Positions 63,100 to 64,000 of a DNA stretch of 64,000 nt are shown here, piece after piece. The DNA is from Chiloscyllium plagiosum (taxonomy: Eukaryota). Under the pieces are notes generated by a model. That model had not been told where the DNA came from and did not search any database. It saw only the letters and a list, made by a program, of their open reading frames with translations. Position 1 is the stretch's first letter. Each line of letters begins with the position of its first letter. Location: positions 70,167,382-70,231,381 of the forward strand of contig NC_057718.1 in NCBI RefSeq assembly GCF_004010195.1, given 5' to 3'. A program made the translations under genes and the position numbers.

Positions 63100-63635
63100 G
63101 CTTCCACAGGGCTCAAGACAGTTACAAATGGGCAATAATAATGTGTCTTGGCTACTGGAAACATGTCTCCCAAACAAATATTTAACAAATAGTGGCATGT
63201 GCTGCTTTCCAGGTGGTACTCATTGTAGTTGTTCACCCACTTTGCCCAGCATGGAAACATGCGGAATATTTCAGAGAACATCTCTGGGACACACACACAT
63301 GCAAGTCCTTGGCCGCCTCTACTGCCAAACTCTAGCCACCTGACAGCTTGAGGAAGAACGCCACATATTCTGCCTTTGGACCCTCCACCACATGGGATCA
63401 ATGTTGATTTCACTAGTTTCCTCATTTCCCCTGCCTCACATTAACTTGGTACCCCCTATCTTCGTTTACCTATCGCATTCCCAACTACCTCCCCCCCAGC
63501 CCCACCTCCTTCCCATTTATTTCTCAGCCCCCTAGCCCCAACCCCCCGCCCCCAACCCACACCACCACATTCCTCTCAAAGAGCTTAAGCTTGAAACTCT
63601 CCCACTTCTCGGATGCTGCCTTTTCCAGCACCACA
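63100..63635 (+). mobile_element. Decayed Penelope-like GIY-YIG 3' fragment
   Basis: LEEERHILPLDPP.HGINVDF-like C-terminus similar to 49900-49970, and a C-rich 3' region. Confidence 0.65.
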
Positions 63636-63759
63636 CTTGCCAGCATGGAAATATGTCAATCTGCTGATTTATGCCTTGATATGCAACTTTGGTCGTGGTT
63701 TCATCTTCAAATTCATCTTCACAGGCCGAGGAAGTTGGCACTCTTTGTGTACATTGTCA

Positions 63760-64000
63760 TAGAATGTTGAACATTACAGCCTATTAGCCCTTCAGCGCTC
63801 AATGTTGCGCCGATCTGTGAAATCAATCTGACGCCCATCTAACCTAAACTATTCCATTCTTATCCATATGTCTATCCAATGACTACTTAAATGTTATTAA
63901 AATTGGCAAGTCTACTACTGTTGCAGGCAGGGCATTCCGTGCCCTTACTATTCTCTGAGTAAAGAAACTACCTCTGACATCTGTCCTATATCTATCACCC
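63760..64000 (-). mobile_element. CR1 3' end (continues beyond the window)
   Basis: Similar to the 18290-18500 tail; FFTQRIVRARNALP on the minus strand. Confidence 0.8.

Noticed and set aside
62880..63425. 181-aa minus-strand ORF
   Set aside because: Antisense to two adjacent Penelope-like fragments.

Overview
Eukaryotic, repeat-rich vertebrate genomic DNA, almost certainly from a shark or other elasmobranch (HE1-type SINEs, HER1/CR1 LINEs, SacSINE1-like tails). It contains one complete protein-coding gene on the + strand: a TAGAP-like RhoGAP with 10 coding exons (6913-16901, about 818 aa, C-terminus AKESYV), a probable TATA/ETS promoter near 5.6 kb and a polyA signal at 17564. The gene keeps an ARHGAP20-like exon that I do not recall in human TAGAP. 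The remaining ~46 kb is mostly nested retroelements: CR1, Rex1/Babar, Penelope-like elements with hammerhead-ribozyme cores, Mag-type and Gmr1-type Gypsy LTR elements, HE1 SINEs, plus an 818-nt assembly gap. The most unusual structure is at 52.4-53.65 kb. There the TATA-box position of one Mag-type LTR carries at least seven stacked poly(A)-tailed inserts separated by eight copies of the same 11-12 bp target. Some inserts carry LTR sequence that differs from the local LTR, which suggests a non-LTR retroelement system targeting this LTR promoter. Family and homology assignments come from recalled motifs, not database searches; repeat boundaries without a stated TSD are approximate.
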